A stretch of DNA of 64,000 nucleotides, taken from Octopus vulgaris. Lineage: Eukaryota. The stretch spans positions 47,678,001 to 47,742,000 of the forward strand of contig OX597826.1 in NCBI GenBank assembly GCA_951406725.2. Direction: 5' to 3'. Shown here piece by piece: positions 1 to 13,619 of this stretch. How positions within the stretch are numbered: position 1 is the first letter of the stretch; each line of letters opens with the position of its first letter. Below the pieces are notes generated by a model. The model ran no database searches and was not told where the DNA came from. It saw only the letters and a program-made list of their open reading frames with translations. A program made the translations under genes and the position numbers.

Positions 1-186
1 TAATAATTTTTATTTACTAAATCAAGTCAGAAACCATGGTCCAGGAATTAGATGGTAAATGTTCTTATTTTTTATTTCCTTCAAGAATTTATCCCTAGTT
101 AATGGTTTGGACTTTAACTGTTCTTTCTAGCATAAAGGATTCCTATGATGGAAGCTTCTTAATGTGTTTTAATGTACACTGTATTT

Positions 187-250
<64 letters not shown>

Positions 251-520
251 TATATCAGTAATAGAAGATTAAATCAACCCCAGTACATTCCTGATATTTT
301 GTTCACTGGTATTAGAAGGATATTAATATAATGTCTCTTAAGGTAGGATAAAAACTCAGGATGTAAGAGTTCTTATATAAAATGCCATAAAGCACTTTAG
401 TCAATCATATAACTATCTCTATCGTTCCATCACCTAATAATTATGAATAAAACTGGTGAAGCCATGCAATCTCATATAAAGTTTCACCTCATCTAAATAT
501 TTTCATATTTATTTATGTAT

Positions 521-555
<35 letters not shown>

Positions 556-689
556 TTGTGACTATTTTGCTCATGATGTGAGCAGATAGGATTTTGGCCT
601 TCATTACAGAAATAGTTAGTTAACCTGAAACTCAAAATTACTGAGCAAATGTATGTAATTAAGCTGTATTTAGAAAGCCCTTACTTCTT

Positions 690-1030
690 TCTAATACCTT
701 AGCACCACCACTGCCACTGTCACCTCTACCACTCTGGAACCACCTCCCATCACCACCACAACTATCAACAGCACTACCACCTTCGCCACCACCACCACCA
801 CTACCACCTTCACTACCACCACCACTACTACCTTCACCACCACCACCACTACCACCTTCACCATCACCACCACTACCACCTGCCAGCACCACCACCACCA
901 TCACCATTATAAAAACCACTATCACCAACTATTCTTTCACCACCTCCACCTTCACTGCCAACCATTATAAGCATCACTACCACAACCAACAACAGTAAAA
1001 ACATCTCTACCTCCAACACCACCACCACTT
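690..1030. repeat. degenerate (CCA/CAC)n trinucleotide tract
   Basis: Direct reading; explains the Gly/Val-rich ORFs 659..928 and 691..879. Confidence 0.9.
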
Positions 1031-1806
1031 CTACAGCCAGCATTACTTACCCTAGTGCTATGCACCCCTTAATATCAGCAAATATGTGGTATGTACCCTG
1101 GTACGGTTTCTGAGTGGATATTTCAACTTGAACATTTATAGCTTTGTGTGTGGAATTAAAAAGCAATTAGAAATTGTTTATAGCTTTCTTATTCTCCAGC
1201 TAATGTTTCATGGAGTAAAAACTGGGAAATAGAAAAATAATAACAAATATTCTGCTACTGAAGAGTGATGCCATTGTCATTATTAGCATGAGACTGGAAG
1301 ATTGGCCGAGTGGTTAGAACAGAGGACAAAATGCTCGGTAATATTTCTTCTAGTTCTTTACATTCTGATTTCAAATCCTGTTGAGATCAACTTTACTTTT
1401 CAATCCTCCAGGGTCTATAAAACAGAAAAATGAGACTCAAGTACTGAAGTCGATGACAATGAGTAATCCGCACCATTCAAAACTGCTGGGTAGGCACTGG
1501 CAGGGCTGTGTAGTAAAGCAGCATACTTCTCAGTCATATGGTTTGGGGTTCAGTCCTATAGCATGACACCTGGGACGAGTGTCTTCTACTATAAGCCCCA
1601 GCTCAACTAAAGCTTTGTGAGTTGATTAGGTAGACAGAAAGTGAAAGAAGCCTATTCGGCATATATAAGCTTGCTTCCCAAACACATGATTCCAGGTTCA
1701 GTTCTACTGCATGGCACCTTGGGCAAGTGTCTTTTACTATAGTCCCAGACTGACCAAAACTTTGTGAGTTGATTTTGTAAATGGGAACTGAAAGAAACCC
1801 ATCGTA

Positions 1807-1972
1807 GGCTGCAACAGGCTCCAATCTGATCTGGCAAAGTTTCTACAGTTAGATGCCCTTCCTAATGCCAACCACTCCGAGAGTGTAGTGGGTGCTTTTT
1901 ACATACGACTGGCATGGGAGCCAGACAGGAGGCACTGGCATCAACCATGTTCGGATGGTGCTTTTTTACATG
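1807..1972 (-). mobile_element. SINE-like family C fragment (ggcgttaggaagggcatccagctgtag motif)
   Basis: Reverse-complement match to the copies at 2507 and 43934. Confidence 0.75.
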
Positions 1973-1988
1973 ATATATATATATGTAT

Positions 1989-2069
<81 letters not shown>

Positions 2070-2071
<2 letters not shown>

Positions 2072-2197
2072 CGGAGTAAACACATAAATGTGAAACAAGG
2101 TGGAAAAAGAGTACTCAAATACCAGTGGTAGAGTAATATGCTTTATTTAAAGCAGCAGTTGTTGTTTGTTGAATTTTCTGCTGCTTTAAATAAAGTA

Positions 2198-2267
<70 letters not shown>

Positions 2268-2464
2268 CATATGACTGCGTGTGCATCATTGTCGATTTTC
2301 TTTCTCTGTCTTCCCTTCTTTGGACCTTTTCTATATTTCTGATGAAGAGCTCCGCTCGAAACATGAAATGCTCTTTCTTTTCTTTCTTTTCCTGAGTGTC
2401 CAATAACACAGTACTTGTTCCACATTCTCACATTGTTTTTTCTTGCTTGTTCTTGTTGGGATTG

Positions 2465-2470
<6 letters not shown>
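2070..2470. mobile_element. Penelope-type (pLTR-like) non-autonomous fragments embedded in (TA)n
   Basis: Carries a hammerhead-like motif at 2334-2370 and a 23-bp inverted repeat; resembles the fragments at 44100-44890. Penelope assignment is inferred from the minimal hammerhead. Confidence 0.55.
2334..2370 (+). ncRNA. minimal type I hammerhead-like motif, probably inactive
   Basis: UAUUU-CUGAUGA-A-GAGC(UCC)GCUC-GAAA-C-AUG-AAAUG. Stems I and II are in register; triplet AUG is not NUH. Confidence 0.6.
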
Positions 2471-2506
<36 letters not shown>

Positions 2507-2508
<2 letters not shown>

Positions 2509-2685
2509 TGGCATGTAAAAAGCACCCACTACACTCACGGAGTGGTTGGCGTTAGGAAGGGCATCCAGCTGTAGAAACATTGCCAGATAAGACTGGAGCC
2601 TGGTGCAGCCTTCTGGCTTCCCAGATCCCCGGTCGAACCGTACAACCCATGCAAGCAGTGAGAACGGACGTTAAATGATGATGAT
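2507..2685 (+). mobile_element. SINE-like family C, (GAT)n tail
   Basis: ggtggcatgtaaaaagcacc...ggcgttaggaagggcatcc...ggacgttaaatgatgatgat; multiple copies in the window. Confidence 0.8.
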
Positions 2686-3380
2686 ATAGATATATACATA
2701 TGACAGGCTACTTTCAGTTTCTTTCTACCAAATCCACTAACAAGTCTTTGATTAGCTTGAGGCTATAGTAGTCTCAAGGTCTTAAGGTGCCACATAGTGG
2801 GACTGAACTCTGAATCATATGGTTGGGCAGCAAGAATCTTGCTACAGAGCCACATACATGCATAAATTTATAGGTGCCTGTGTGTTTTTGTGTGTGTATG
2901 CTTACATATATGTATGCATGTGTGTGCATACATATATGTGTGTATGTGCATACATATATATGCATATGTGATTCCACTAAATGCCATCTAAGTCAAGGAA
3001 TATTCATAATAGCCTTAGGCTATCCAATGAGACATTGGAGTGAAACTGGGGTAGATGAAAGCTGTGAGTTTGAACCTACAATTAGATCATGGTTTCAAAC
3101 CAAACATCCTAACCACATAACCATGCTTATAGCTAGATGCATGAGTGTGTCTGAGAGAATGTGTGCACTTGTAACTTGCATATATCTGTGTGTGTGTATG
3201 TGTATGTGTGTGTATATGTGTGTGTATCTGTGTGGGAGGTTTTGCTTTATACCTGTATCGGTTTCACTCCCACACGAATAATTCTATAATTAATATGACT
3301 AATAACCATATTTTGGTTAGTAAAGTCTTTGGTTCACATTCTACCTGACTATGCATTACATTCATACATATTAGCGTGTA

Positions 3381-3429
<49 letters not shown>

Positions 3430-3444
3430 CACACATGAGTTTAA

Positions 3445-3495
<51 letters not shown>

Positions 3496-3504
3496 TGAGT
3501 TTAA

Positions 3505-3570
<66 letters not shown>

Positions 3571-4221
3571 GTATATGTGTGTGCGTGTATTATACATATG
3601 TGCCTGTATATATGTGTGTGTGTGTGTATGTGTGTAAAGAAATAATATATGTTATGCACACAGATATGATATTTATGCTTGCATTTTGAATGCAATGTTA
3701 CGGGGAGGTAAAATAGAGAAGAAAATTGTGTGAGGGGCAGGAGCAGTGAAAATGTCTTGGCTGGATATTAATATGAATTTGTTGTCATGTGATAGTCATA
3801 AACATCGTATCACTTGTTATACAGACGAGATTTTAATCTCTGCACCTGAATGAATTGCTATGCGTCTTAATAAAGCTTTTGCTATACAAATGCACACATA
3901 CACATGTATATTCATACACACATACATTATCACATATTATATATATATATATATATACATATATGTGTGTGTATGTATGTATGTATACATACACATGTAT
4001 TATGTATATGTGTGTGCGCATATTTATCATCTATATATATATCTTTGCCAGTCTATGTATTTATCTGTGCATGTGAATGTGTGTGTGTGTGTGTCCGTGT
4101 GTGTGTGTGTATGTGTCTGTGTGTGTGAGTAAATATATGAGTGCTTTCATATATGCTCTCAAATTTCTTATTTCTCTAAAGGTATGTGGGTGTATATGTA
4201 TTATATATCAATTATCTGGTG

Positions 4222-4259
<38 letters not shown>

Positions 4260-4260
4260 A

Positions 4261-4316
<56 letters not shown>

Positions 4317-4467
4317 ACATACACACATATATGCTGATACATATACATATAGGTATATATACATACACACATATGCCTGTATATTCATATACATGCATAA
4401 ACACATGCACACGCATACATTTGTGCACGCGTATTCATATAGGCATATTACATTTGCTGGATATCCA

Positions 4468-4504
<37 letters not shown>

Positions 4505-5596
4505 ACACACATACACACATGCACACATGAGGATGAATGTATCTGTATATCAATATCAGCTCTTATGATTTTATACATGTATGCATAAATGTGCACCTAT
4601 GTGTAACTTTTGTGTGCATGTGAGAGCATATGGGTATATTTATGTCATTGTATACATATCTCTCCTTGCACATGCATACAAACGTTTTATCATCTTCCTC
4701 CTCCACCTCTTCCTCCTCCTCCTCCTCTTTATCATCATCACCATCATCATCAGTTTTAATATTTGTATATACTTAGAGATGAATCGGTTAAGATAAAATT
4801 AGATACTGCCATAAATTTCGCGAGAGATGCTTAGGGAACCAGCTTTGATGCAAAAATAATAATTATTTCATTTGAATAAAGCCCGATATGAGAAGATTGT
4901 AGTTAAAGTTTTATAGCAGCATATTTAAATAATATATGTAGCAATGAAGAAACAGTAATAATGTCACATAAGACTTTGATAATAGCCATAAATAATCATT
5001 GAAAATATTGAGAAATATACCAGTAACAATAAATATATCAAATATTTCTTGTTCGTTTTTATCCATGGTCCATTATGATTATCATTATTATTATTATTAT
5101 CGCTATTATTATTATTATTATTGCTTTATCTTTTTTCTAAATGTTTTGTCGTTGATGTTGATATTCAATTATAATTATATAATTAAGCTGTAATACATGC
5201 TTATATATCTATGTAAGTATGTATGTAAGTACGTATGTATATATGTATAATTCCACATGAGAAATTACTAAGCTTGGTGATTTATATTTATTTATTTATA
5301 AAAAAAAAAGATAAAGATATTTGAGAAAGTTAAGAAAAATATTAAATAGGAATATTGTATATTCAATAAAATATTATTGTAAATTTAATGTGTGTGGAAG
5401 GAAAATATTATTAATAAGAAAAATGAATAGAAATTAGAAAAACAACAACAAATGTAAGTGTTAGTGTATGTGTGTACATATGCATATATGTGTGTATGTG
5501 TATATGTGTGTGTGTATATATGTATATATGTGTGTATATATATATTCAGGAAATGCCTCAATAATTGCATTGCCTTTTATATTGTCATTTGTTTAG

Positions 5597-5650
<54 letters not shown>

Positions 5651-5790
5651 TAAATTATATATTCACTTGTAATAATTTCAATTTAATCAACACAAATTCC
5701 ATATAATAAATGCATGAAGCACACTGTCCTGTTTTTTATACATATGTAGGAATATATATATTTATGCATGTATGTACCAATGTGTATGTA

Positions 5791-5835
<45 letters not shown>

Positions 5836-6490
5836 AAATGTATGTATGCATGTGTGTAACTGTATGTCAATGTATGCATGAATAAATTAACTCTAGGTTC
5901 ATTTTCTAGGCCAGTATGTACTGGATAGGTCTGATAATAACTTTACCACCAGAGATTTGTTCACAGACATGAGTGTGCATGCATGTGTATGAAACAGACA
6001 GACAGACTGAAAAGGACAAGGAGAGAGAGAGAGAGATACAGACAGACAGAAAGGGGCAGAGAAACAGAGACAGACTGATAGAATATATTGTGTATTATAT
6101 GTTTAATTACATGTTATGTTTTTGTGATTGTGTCTTTTATTTGGTCGAAGCAAACACTGGAATAAGCTCAGTGTTGATCTTGTTTCTAAAATAAATGTAA
6201 TTATTATAATTCCTTAACTATACTTTGCTATACATTTGTGCAAATTCTTTTTGATAAGCCAAACAGTCACCAAAATCACTTTCGAAAATATGTTTCCTGC
6301 CATCTGATATCATGATCCACAGCATTTAGTTATGCTAAATTGCTTATGGGTTCAAATCTCACTGAATTCTACTTTGGCAACTCCAAAAAAACAGAGACTC
6401 TTGTAATAGTGATAGAAAAGTGGTTGAGAGGAGAGGACTTATTTGTCGGCCAGAATTTGGAAAATGTCTGTGAATGATTTTCTGCAAATC

Positions 6491-6650
6491 AGGTGCAGAT
6501 GTGGCTGTGTGATAAGAAGCTTACTTCTCAACCACATAGCTCCAGGTTCAGTCCCATGCATGGCATTCTGGTCAAGTGTCTTCTACTATAGCTTCAGGCT
6601 GACCAAAGTTCTGTGATTGGATTTGATGGACAGTAACTGAAAGAAGCCTG

Positions 6651-6695
<45 letters not shown>

Positions 6696-6956
6696 TCTCT
6701 ATATATATATGTATGGATGTATATATTTATGTGTGTGTCTTTGTGTCTGTGTTTGTCTCCCACCCACCATTGTTTGACAACCGATGTCAGTGTGTTTGCA
6801 TCTCCATAACCTAGCAGTTCAGCAAAAGAGATAGATAAAATAATTACTTGGCTTACAAAGAATAAGTCCTTGGGGTCAATTTCTTCAACTAAAAATCCCT
6901 TAAGGTTATGCTCCAGCATGGCCGCAGTCAAATGACTGAAAAAAGTAAAAGAATAA
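6491..6956 (+). mobile_element. tRNA-derived SINE family A, full length, internal (TA)n(TG)n
   Basis: Head with A/B-box-like motifs, CORE-like accttgggcaagtg motif (degenerate here), tail gcatggccgcagtcaaatgactgaaa; more than 12 copies in the window. Confidence 0.9.
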
Positions 6957-7045
6957 ATCAGTCAAGTGACTTTCTTTGTATGCACTCTGGAAGAGAGCAT
7001 GCATTCTATAGTTAAAATTCTAACAAAATATTTGTGTGTTTAAAG

Positions 7046-7325
7046 CAGGGGTTCCCAAAGTGGGCGATATTGCTCCCTTGGAGCGGTGGAAAAATCCAGG
7101 GGGGCATTGCAGAAAAGTGGGATGATATTGGGTTGGGAAAATTGGGGTGATAGATGTATAAAAAATATTTATAGGTTAATTAGGTTTAAGTTTTATTTGT
7201 GAAATTTGAATTTGCTGCAGAAAGAGGTCTATGTTTGTGATGATGAGTTTAGTGTGTGTGTAGGGGTACTGGGGATGTGTCCTGGGTGCCAAGGGAGCAG
7301 CAGCCTGAAAAGCTTGAGAATCCTG
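7046..7325 (+). mobile_element. hAT-type MITE
   Basis: Imperfect TIR caggggttcccaaa / ttgagaatcctg; exact 8-bp TSD gtttaaag (7038-7045, 7326-7333). Confidence 0.85.
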
Positions 7326-7455
7326 GTTTAAAGCCTAACTGGTCATTTTTTGTCAACAAAAAAAAAAAACCCAGAAAACTATAGAAATTTATTTAGATCA
7401 CTTAAAAACATGGAATTTGTACCATAATGCACATCATAAATATATCCTAAGATAT

Positions 7456-7820
7456 AGGTGCAGGAGTGGTTGTGTGGTAAGTAGCTTCTTTATCAACCAC
7501 ATGGCTCTGTGTTCAGTCCCACTGTGTGGCACCTTGGGCAAATGTCTTCTACTATAGCTTCGGGCTGACCGAAGCCTTGTGAGTGGATTTGATAGATGGA
7601 AACTGAAAGAAGCCCATTGTATATATATATGTGTGTGTGTGTGTGTTTATCCCTCCACCAATGCTGGTGTTTTTATGACCCCATAACTTAGCGGTTCGGC
7701 AAAAGAGACTGATAGAATGAGTATTAGGCTTACAAAGAATAAGTCCTGGGTTCGATTTTTTCAACTAAAGATGGTGCTCCAGCATGGCCACAGTCTAACG
7801 ACTGAAACAATTAAAAGAAT
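7456..7820 (+). mobile_element. SINE family A
   Basis: Aligns with the other family A copies. Confidence 0.9.
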
Positions 7821-8662
7821 ATATTTACAAAAAAAAAATCCAAAGAAACACAGGGCTGTTACTGATCTGCAGATAGAACAGTAAATCCTGGATCTAATTT
7901 ATGTTATAACTGACCAACTTTGTTTTTGCTTTTAAATTTTGGTATGATTCTTATTTCTTGAACCATTTCCACTATTTCCTTGTTTCTTCAAACTCAATTT
8001 CTGTTCTTCCTCAAATCTGGGCTACAGCAGCAAAACTTTTCTCCACTAGTTAGGATCATAAAAAGTAATAATAAAAAAAATATATAGTTTGGTTTCATTC
8101 CACAGTAAAAGGAAGCTTCATATTGCCTTCAGATGAGCTTTGATATTCAAAGATCATCTCTGCTGTTTCATTTCATAACCCAATAATGGCCTCTGGCAAT
8201 TAAGTCCTTAGTTCTTCTGTTTTGTGCACAAATTACATTATGGTGTTCCTCAGGCTGGGATCCCTTATAATGTTACTTTTTGTTGAAAGGTGACATGTAG
8301 AAATTTCAATAAAGAAAAAATGGTTTGTGTTGATGTTTGTAACTGAATAAAACAATTTGATTCTCAGCAATTGTGTTTTGTTATAACAAACCAAATTACA
8401 AAACTAGCTGCTGGTTATCAACAACAAAGATGATTGATATCTTAATTATTCCCATTTCATTTTTTTTTCTCTTGTTTCAGCCATTGCACTGCAATCAAGC
8501 TGGGCATAACCTTGAAGAGTTTAGTGAACTAAATCGATCAGAGCACTTGAATTTGTTTTATTGGTTTGTGTTTTGCTGAACTGTTCATTATAGGGACACA
8601 AACAAACCAGCACCATTTGTAAATGTGATGGTGAGGTGACAAAGACACACATACACATATAA

Positions 8663-8849
8663 CGTGCTGGTGCCACGTGAAAAGTACCGAGTACATTCTG
8701 TAAAGTGGTTGGCATTAGGAAAGGCATCCAGCCACAAAAATCATGTCTGAGTACACAATGGAACATGGTGTAGTCCTCTGGTTTGCCAGCTCTGGTCAGA
8801 CCATCCAACACATACTAGCATGGGAAACAGACATTATCTGATGATGATA

Positions 8850-8908
<59 letters not shown>
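8663..8908 (+). mobile_element. SINE-like family C with expanded (GAT)n tail
   Basis: Same motif order as the copy at 2507. Confidence 0.75.
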
Positions 8909-8909
<1 letters not shown>

Positions 8910-8920
8910 TGCTTCTATTT

Positions 8921-9339
8921 AGTTGACCATAACCAGTTGAGCATGTCCCTTGGTGGCTAATGATGTGTGCATCTCTGATCATGAGCAGAAGTAGTGGGTG
9001 GGGGGCATCATAACCATGTGCCGAGAGAGATTCTTTGGAGTTTGAATAACTCATCTCTGGAAACCTGGGTGCTTCGTTCAACATCCCTTGAAAATAAAAC
9101 TTATTCAGGAACCTTTTGAGTGGGTTGGGCTACTCGATCTGAAGAAAATTCTAACTAGGCCCCCCACCTGCAAGACCATCTGCTGTTTATCTTGATATGA
9201 GATCACCATGTCATACACATAGGGTTGTGATGCATGTGCCTGGTGTTCCCTTATCAGACAGGTAGTCAGGATGGGTATACTGGGCTTTGTATATTTGTAC
9301 CCCTGTGTTGCTTTGATGGCATGTGCTACTCTCTCACTC

Positions 9340-9340
<1 letters not shown>
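8921..9340 (+). mobile_element. non-coding (AAT)n-associated element, 5'-truncated
   Basis: Reverse complement of the copies at 31096, 32044 and 49794; ends ctctcactc(aat)n. Confidence 0.85.
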
Positions 9341-9405
<65 letters not shown>

Positions 9406-9651
9406 CCTTTCTACTAAAGGTACAAGGCCTGAAATTTGGGGGTTGGGAGAGGGCAAGCCAATTACGTCAAACCTTGTACTTGATTGGTACTTTATTTTGC
9501 TAAGCTTGAAAGGATGAGACGCAAGGTAGAACTTGACAGCGTTTGAACTCAGTCTAAAGAGCCTTAAAAAATCTCAATAAGCATTTTTGTCCAACACGAA
9601 AGCAGCAGTAGCAGCAGCAGCAGCAGCAGTAGCAGCAGCATCAGCAGCATC

Positions 9652-9703
<52 letters not shown>

Positions 9704-9719
9704 AATAATAATAATGATA

Positions 9720-9928
9720 TATGAGGACAGCAATTTTTGGGAAAGGGGTATCTCAATTGCATCACCCCCCTCCAGTGTTCAACTGGTATTTGTTTCATCG
9801 CCCCCCCCCCCCGAAGGATGAAAGGCAAAAGCGAGCTCGGCGGAATTGGAACTCAGAACTTAAAGACAGCTGAAATGTCACCTAGCATTTTGCCTGGTGT
9901 ACCAATGATTCTGGCAGCTCGCTGCCTT
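9720..9928 (-). mobile_element. SINE family B (ggcggcgagctggcag head)
   Basis: Reverse-complement match to the copy at 36801. Confidence 0.8.
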
Positions 9929-9938
9929 AATAATAAAG

Positions 9939-10105
<167 letters not shown>

Positions 10106-10391
10106 TATCCAGCAGGACAACTGAAAAATAACTTTAAAAGACTGGAATATCTACAATTTCCTATGAGTATTTTGAATTTCTCTATCTACAGTTTTCGAAC
10201 ACATAAACGATCAGCTTTAAAACCTTTAATATCTACAACTTCTGTGAATATCTATCCTTTCCTTTCTCTCTGAGTATTCGAAAATGTAAACATCTTCTTT
10301 ATTCCAAGAACACTACAGTTTTCTCTGTTCGGACAGACAAAAGGTAATCTCCAGTAAATTTTAAAACCTTAATATCTACAATTTCCTTTTC

Positions 10392-10770
10392 GTAATTATT
10401 GAAAAAGAGAGCAAATTATACTGGATCAAAGATATAGCATGCCCAGCTGACAAGGTATGCGATAAGGAAGAAAGAAGGGTCGCGAGATAGAAAAGGTTAC
10501 CTTGGGAGGTTAAGCAGTTGTGGTCGATGAAAAAGGTGGTAGTAGCACCAATAATTGTCGGAGCCCTGGGAACAGTGAGTAAAAATCTTGAGAAGTACAT
10601 GGAACAAATATGGGCTGCAATAAGAGTGGAGCACTTGTAGAAGTTAGCACTGCTTGGAACTGCTTGAATACTCCGGAAGGTGTTAAAAAAATAAGAGGTG
10701 TTACTTTAGTTCACTGGTATTGAACAGCTGATACCGTAGTACATCTCCATCGTTAGAAGCTGTGCAAAGG
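10392..10770 (+). pseudogene. Dong/R4-like non-LTR retrotransposon 3' end (restriction-like endonuclease), decayed
   Basis: Translates ..DIACPAD..EVKQLWSMKKVVVAPIIVGALGTV..LALLGTA.ILRKVL with in-frame stops; followed by (AAT)n. Confidence 0.85.
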
Positions 10771-10771
10771 C

Positions 10772-10808
<37 letters not shown>

Positions 10809-10864
10809 GTAATAATAATAATAATAATGATAATAATAATAATAATAATAATATGTCAATACAT

Positions 10865-11289
10865 TGGGATATGCCAATACACACAGATAGAGAAATTAAG
10901 GCCAACAGACCATTTTTTGATATAGTTGTCAGAGATCATGAAGAGAAGAAATGCTTTTTAATTACCAGCAGATGACAACTTTCAAAATACAAAGACCTGG
11001 AAACAGAGATAACTAGAATGTGGAATCTAAAAACAGAAACAATTCCTATCATAATAGGTGCATTAGGTATGATAAAAATATATTCAGACAAATACATAAC
11101 AAAAAACACCAGGACTTACAAACACATATAACATTCAGAAAATTGCACTACTAGGCACTGCACACATCCTACGCAAAACACTTTCAATACAGTAACCATC
11201 AGAGCACCAAAACAAATCACAACACATACCCAAGGCACACAGAGCTGCGCTCGGTAGTGAAGTGAAAGCACGCTATAAAAATAAAACTA

Positions 11290-11292
<3 letters not shown>
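10865..11292 (+). pseudogene. Dong/R4-like 3' end, second subfamily
   Basis: WDMPIHTDREIKANRP.DIVVRD..SKYKDLETEITRMWNLK..PIIIGALG..QKIALLGTAHILRKTL; (AAT)n on both sides. Confidence 0.9.
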
Positions 11293-11336
<44 letters not shown>

Positions 11337-11364
11337 TGATGATGACGATGATGATAATAATAAT

Positions 11365-11578
11365 ACTTTCCATTACAGGCACAAGGCCTGAAGTTTTAGG
11401 GGATGGAATTTTTCGATTGCATCGATCCTAGAATTTCTCTGGTACTTGATTTATCGACCCCGAAAAGATGAAAGGAAGAGTCGACCTCGTTGGAATTTAA
11501 ACTCAGAACGTAGTGACGGGCGTCACTGCGTAAGCATTTCGTCCAGTGTGCTAACGATTCTGCCAGCTCGCTGCCTTA
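11365..11578 (-). mobile_element. SINE family B
   Basis: Reverse-complement match to family B. Confidence 0.85.
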
Positions 11579-11893
11579 ACAACTATAATAATAATTAACA
11601 GTTAGGAAGGGTTGGGTAGGGTTGATAATTGAGTTTCTTGTCTTTCTCTTTGATTCACAAGGCAATGAAGTAGGCCCTTCAGTTAGGATTTGCAACAATA
11701 GTACTCCACCCATTGGAAACCATAGACAAACATATGTGTAATGGAAAACCTTAAAACAAAAGGTTATAGCTGTAGGCTGACACTGTTTATTTAAAAATCT
11801 ATTGTCATCTTAATTTATATTTTTTTGTGTTGTTCTCTCTCACTCCTGTTTCGTTCTTCACGTTTATGTTTTTCTTCATACTATGCTCTCTCC

Positions 11894-11950
<57 letters not shown>

Positions 11951-12733
11951 CTTCTCTCACTCGATGCCTTCAACTGTATGGTGTTGATATAACTGGAGAA
12001 TTCATTTTTGCCTGTTTGATTTGACATTCTGAAAATAATGTTAATATACACACTTATACACGTATACACAGATGTGTGAGCGAGTGGACATATGTTCGTT
12101 CACAGACACACACATACATATATAGCATATATACATACATAAACACACACATATACACATATAGATGCATATATATGATCATATATATATATATATATCT
12201 GCATATACATGTACATACATTATAGTTGAAATTCACATTTACATACACTATATATATTTGTGTGTGTGTGTGTGTGTGTGAAATGCACATCCTTATGAAT
12301 ATGATATTTCGTGACTAGAATGTGAGAAAGCATAATTATGGAATCGCCTGCCCCACCTTGAAATTTACCATTAATTGTTAGAGTAGTCTTTTTATGTCAT
12401 AATTGTATTTCATATAATACAGTAGGTATTCACAATGCTCATATATAATTACCATACAGATGCTCTCGTGTACAAAGTCATATAAAGACAGATAATAATA
12501 TATACAGCTCTTTAAGAAAGAAAAAATATATATTAACGAATGTGTCTGTTTATTTATCTATATGTGCATCTGCGTATATGTATTCACACATACGCATACA
12601 AGCATCACAAACATATAGTCAAAAAGCATTGCAGTTTGGGCAAATATTTTCTACCAGAGCCTCTGTCAAGACAAAGCTTTTAATTTCCATTTGGTAAATG
12701 GAAATTAAAATACAGAAAACTGAAGGAAGCTTT

Positions 12734-12796
<63 letters not shown>

Positions 12797-12818
12797 TTGC
12801 TGCGAGTATATTCTGCAT

Positions 12819-13060
12819 AGATGGGCTGGACACGTCGCCCGGCTCACCGATAATCGGTGGACGCACGCAATTGTCGAATGGTACCCGCGTGAGCGGAAAA
12901 GACCACCCGGAAGACCTCCACGACGGTTGAGTGACGATTTCAAGAGTACGATTGGGATCACGTGGATGAGAAAGGCGCGATCCAGAGAGGAGTGGACAGC
13001 GTGCTGTGACCAGCGGTGCCAAATGGACGCCTGACGGACTGGTCGGTCAAAGTGATCAAA

Positions 13061-13064
<4 letters not shown>
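12819..13064 (+). pseudogene. RTE-clade LINE 3' end (5'-truncated, apparently young)
   Basis: Open frame RWAGHVARLTDNRWTHAIVEWYPRERKRPPGRPPRR..W...R.EW..; stop at 13032-13034; (caaagtgat)2 tail; CpGs intact. Confidence 0.92.
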
Positions 13065-13102
<38 letters not shown>

Positions 13103-13380
13103 CAAAACGCCCCCCGTCCAATGGACGGTGCTGAGTTGTCAAGCATTTAAACCAAATTTTCTTAAAACAACTTGCCCGACAGTCCCATAGGCCTCACCTT
13201 TGAGAACCGCTGATTTAACCTAAATTTGAGACACCAAACAGGCCTGCTTTTTTTGCGTAAACTGCACGTGCATTTTTCTCACGTACGCGTAGTATCGATC
13301 GCAACAGCTGATGTACTTGCGCGTACAGATGCATGTTCCCACGGCTTTATCGATCACATTCTCACCTGGAATCGATTTTT

Positions 13381-13575
13381 GTTAGCAGTATTTCGTCTGC
13401 CGCTACGTTCTGATTTCTAATTCCGCCGAGGTCGACTTTACCTTTCATCCTTTCTGGGTTGATTAAATAAGTACCAGTTACGCACTGGGGTTGATATAAT
13501 CGACTTAATCCGTTTGTCTGTCCTTGTTTGTCCTCTCTGTGTTTAGCCCCTAGTGGGTAGTAAAGAAATAGGTAT
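13381..13575 (+). mobile_element. SINE family B, head-truncated
   Basis: Aligns with family B. Confidence 0.85.
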
Positions 13576-13619
13576 AAAAATAAGGAAAGATGGCGTATGT
13601 GTTCCAGATGCAACTAGTT

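Noticed and set aside
659-928. Gly/Ser-rich ORF
   Set aside because: Translation of a (CCA)n tract.
2339-2351. Similarity to miR-745-like ctgatgaagagct
   Set aside because: The seed is absent, there is no precursor hairpin, and the hammerhead motif explains it better.
3385-3570. 60-bp duplication within (TA)n
   Set aside because: Ordinary slippage or an assembly artefact.
3329-4588. Many YI/CV/HT-repeat ORFs, and poly-N/I/L ORFs elsewhere
   Set aside because: Microsatellite read-through.
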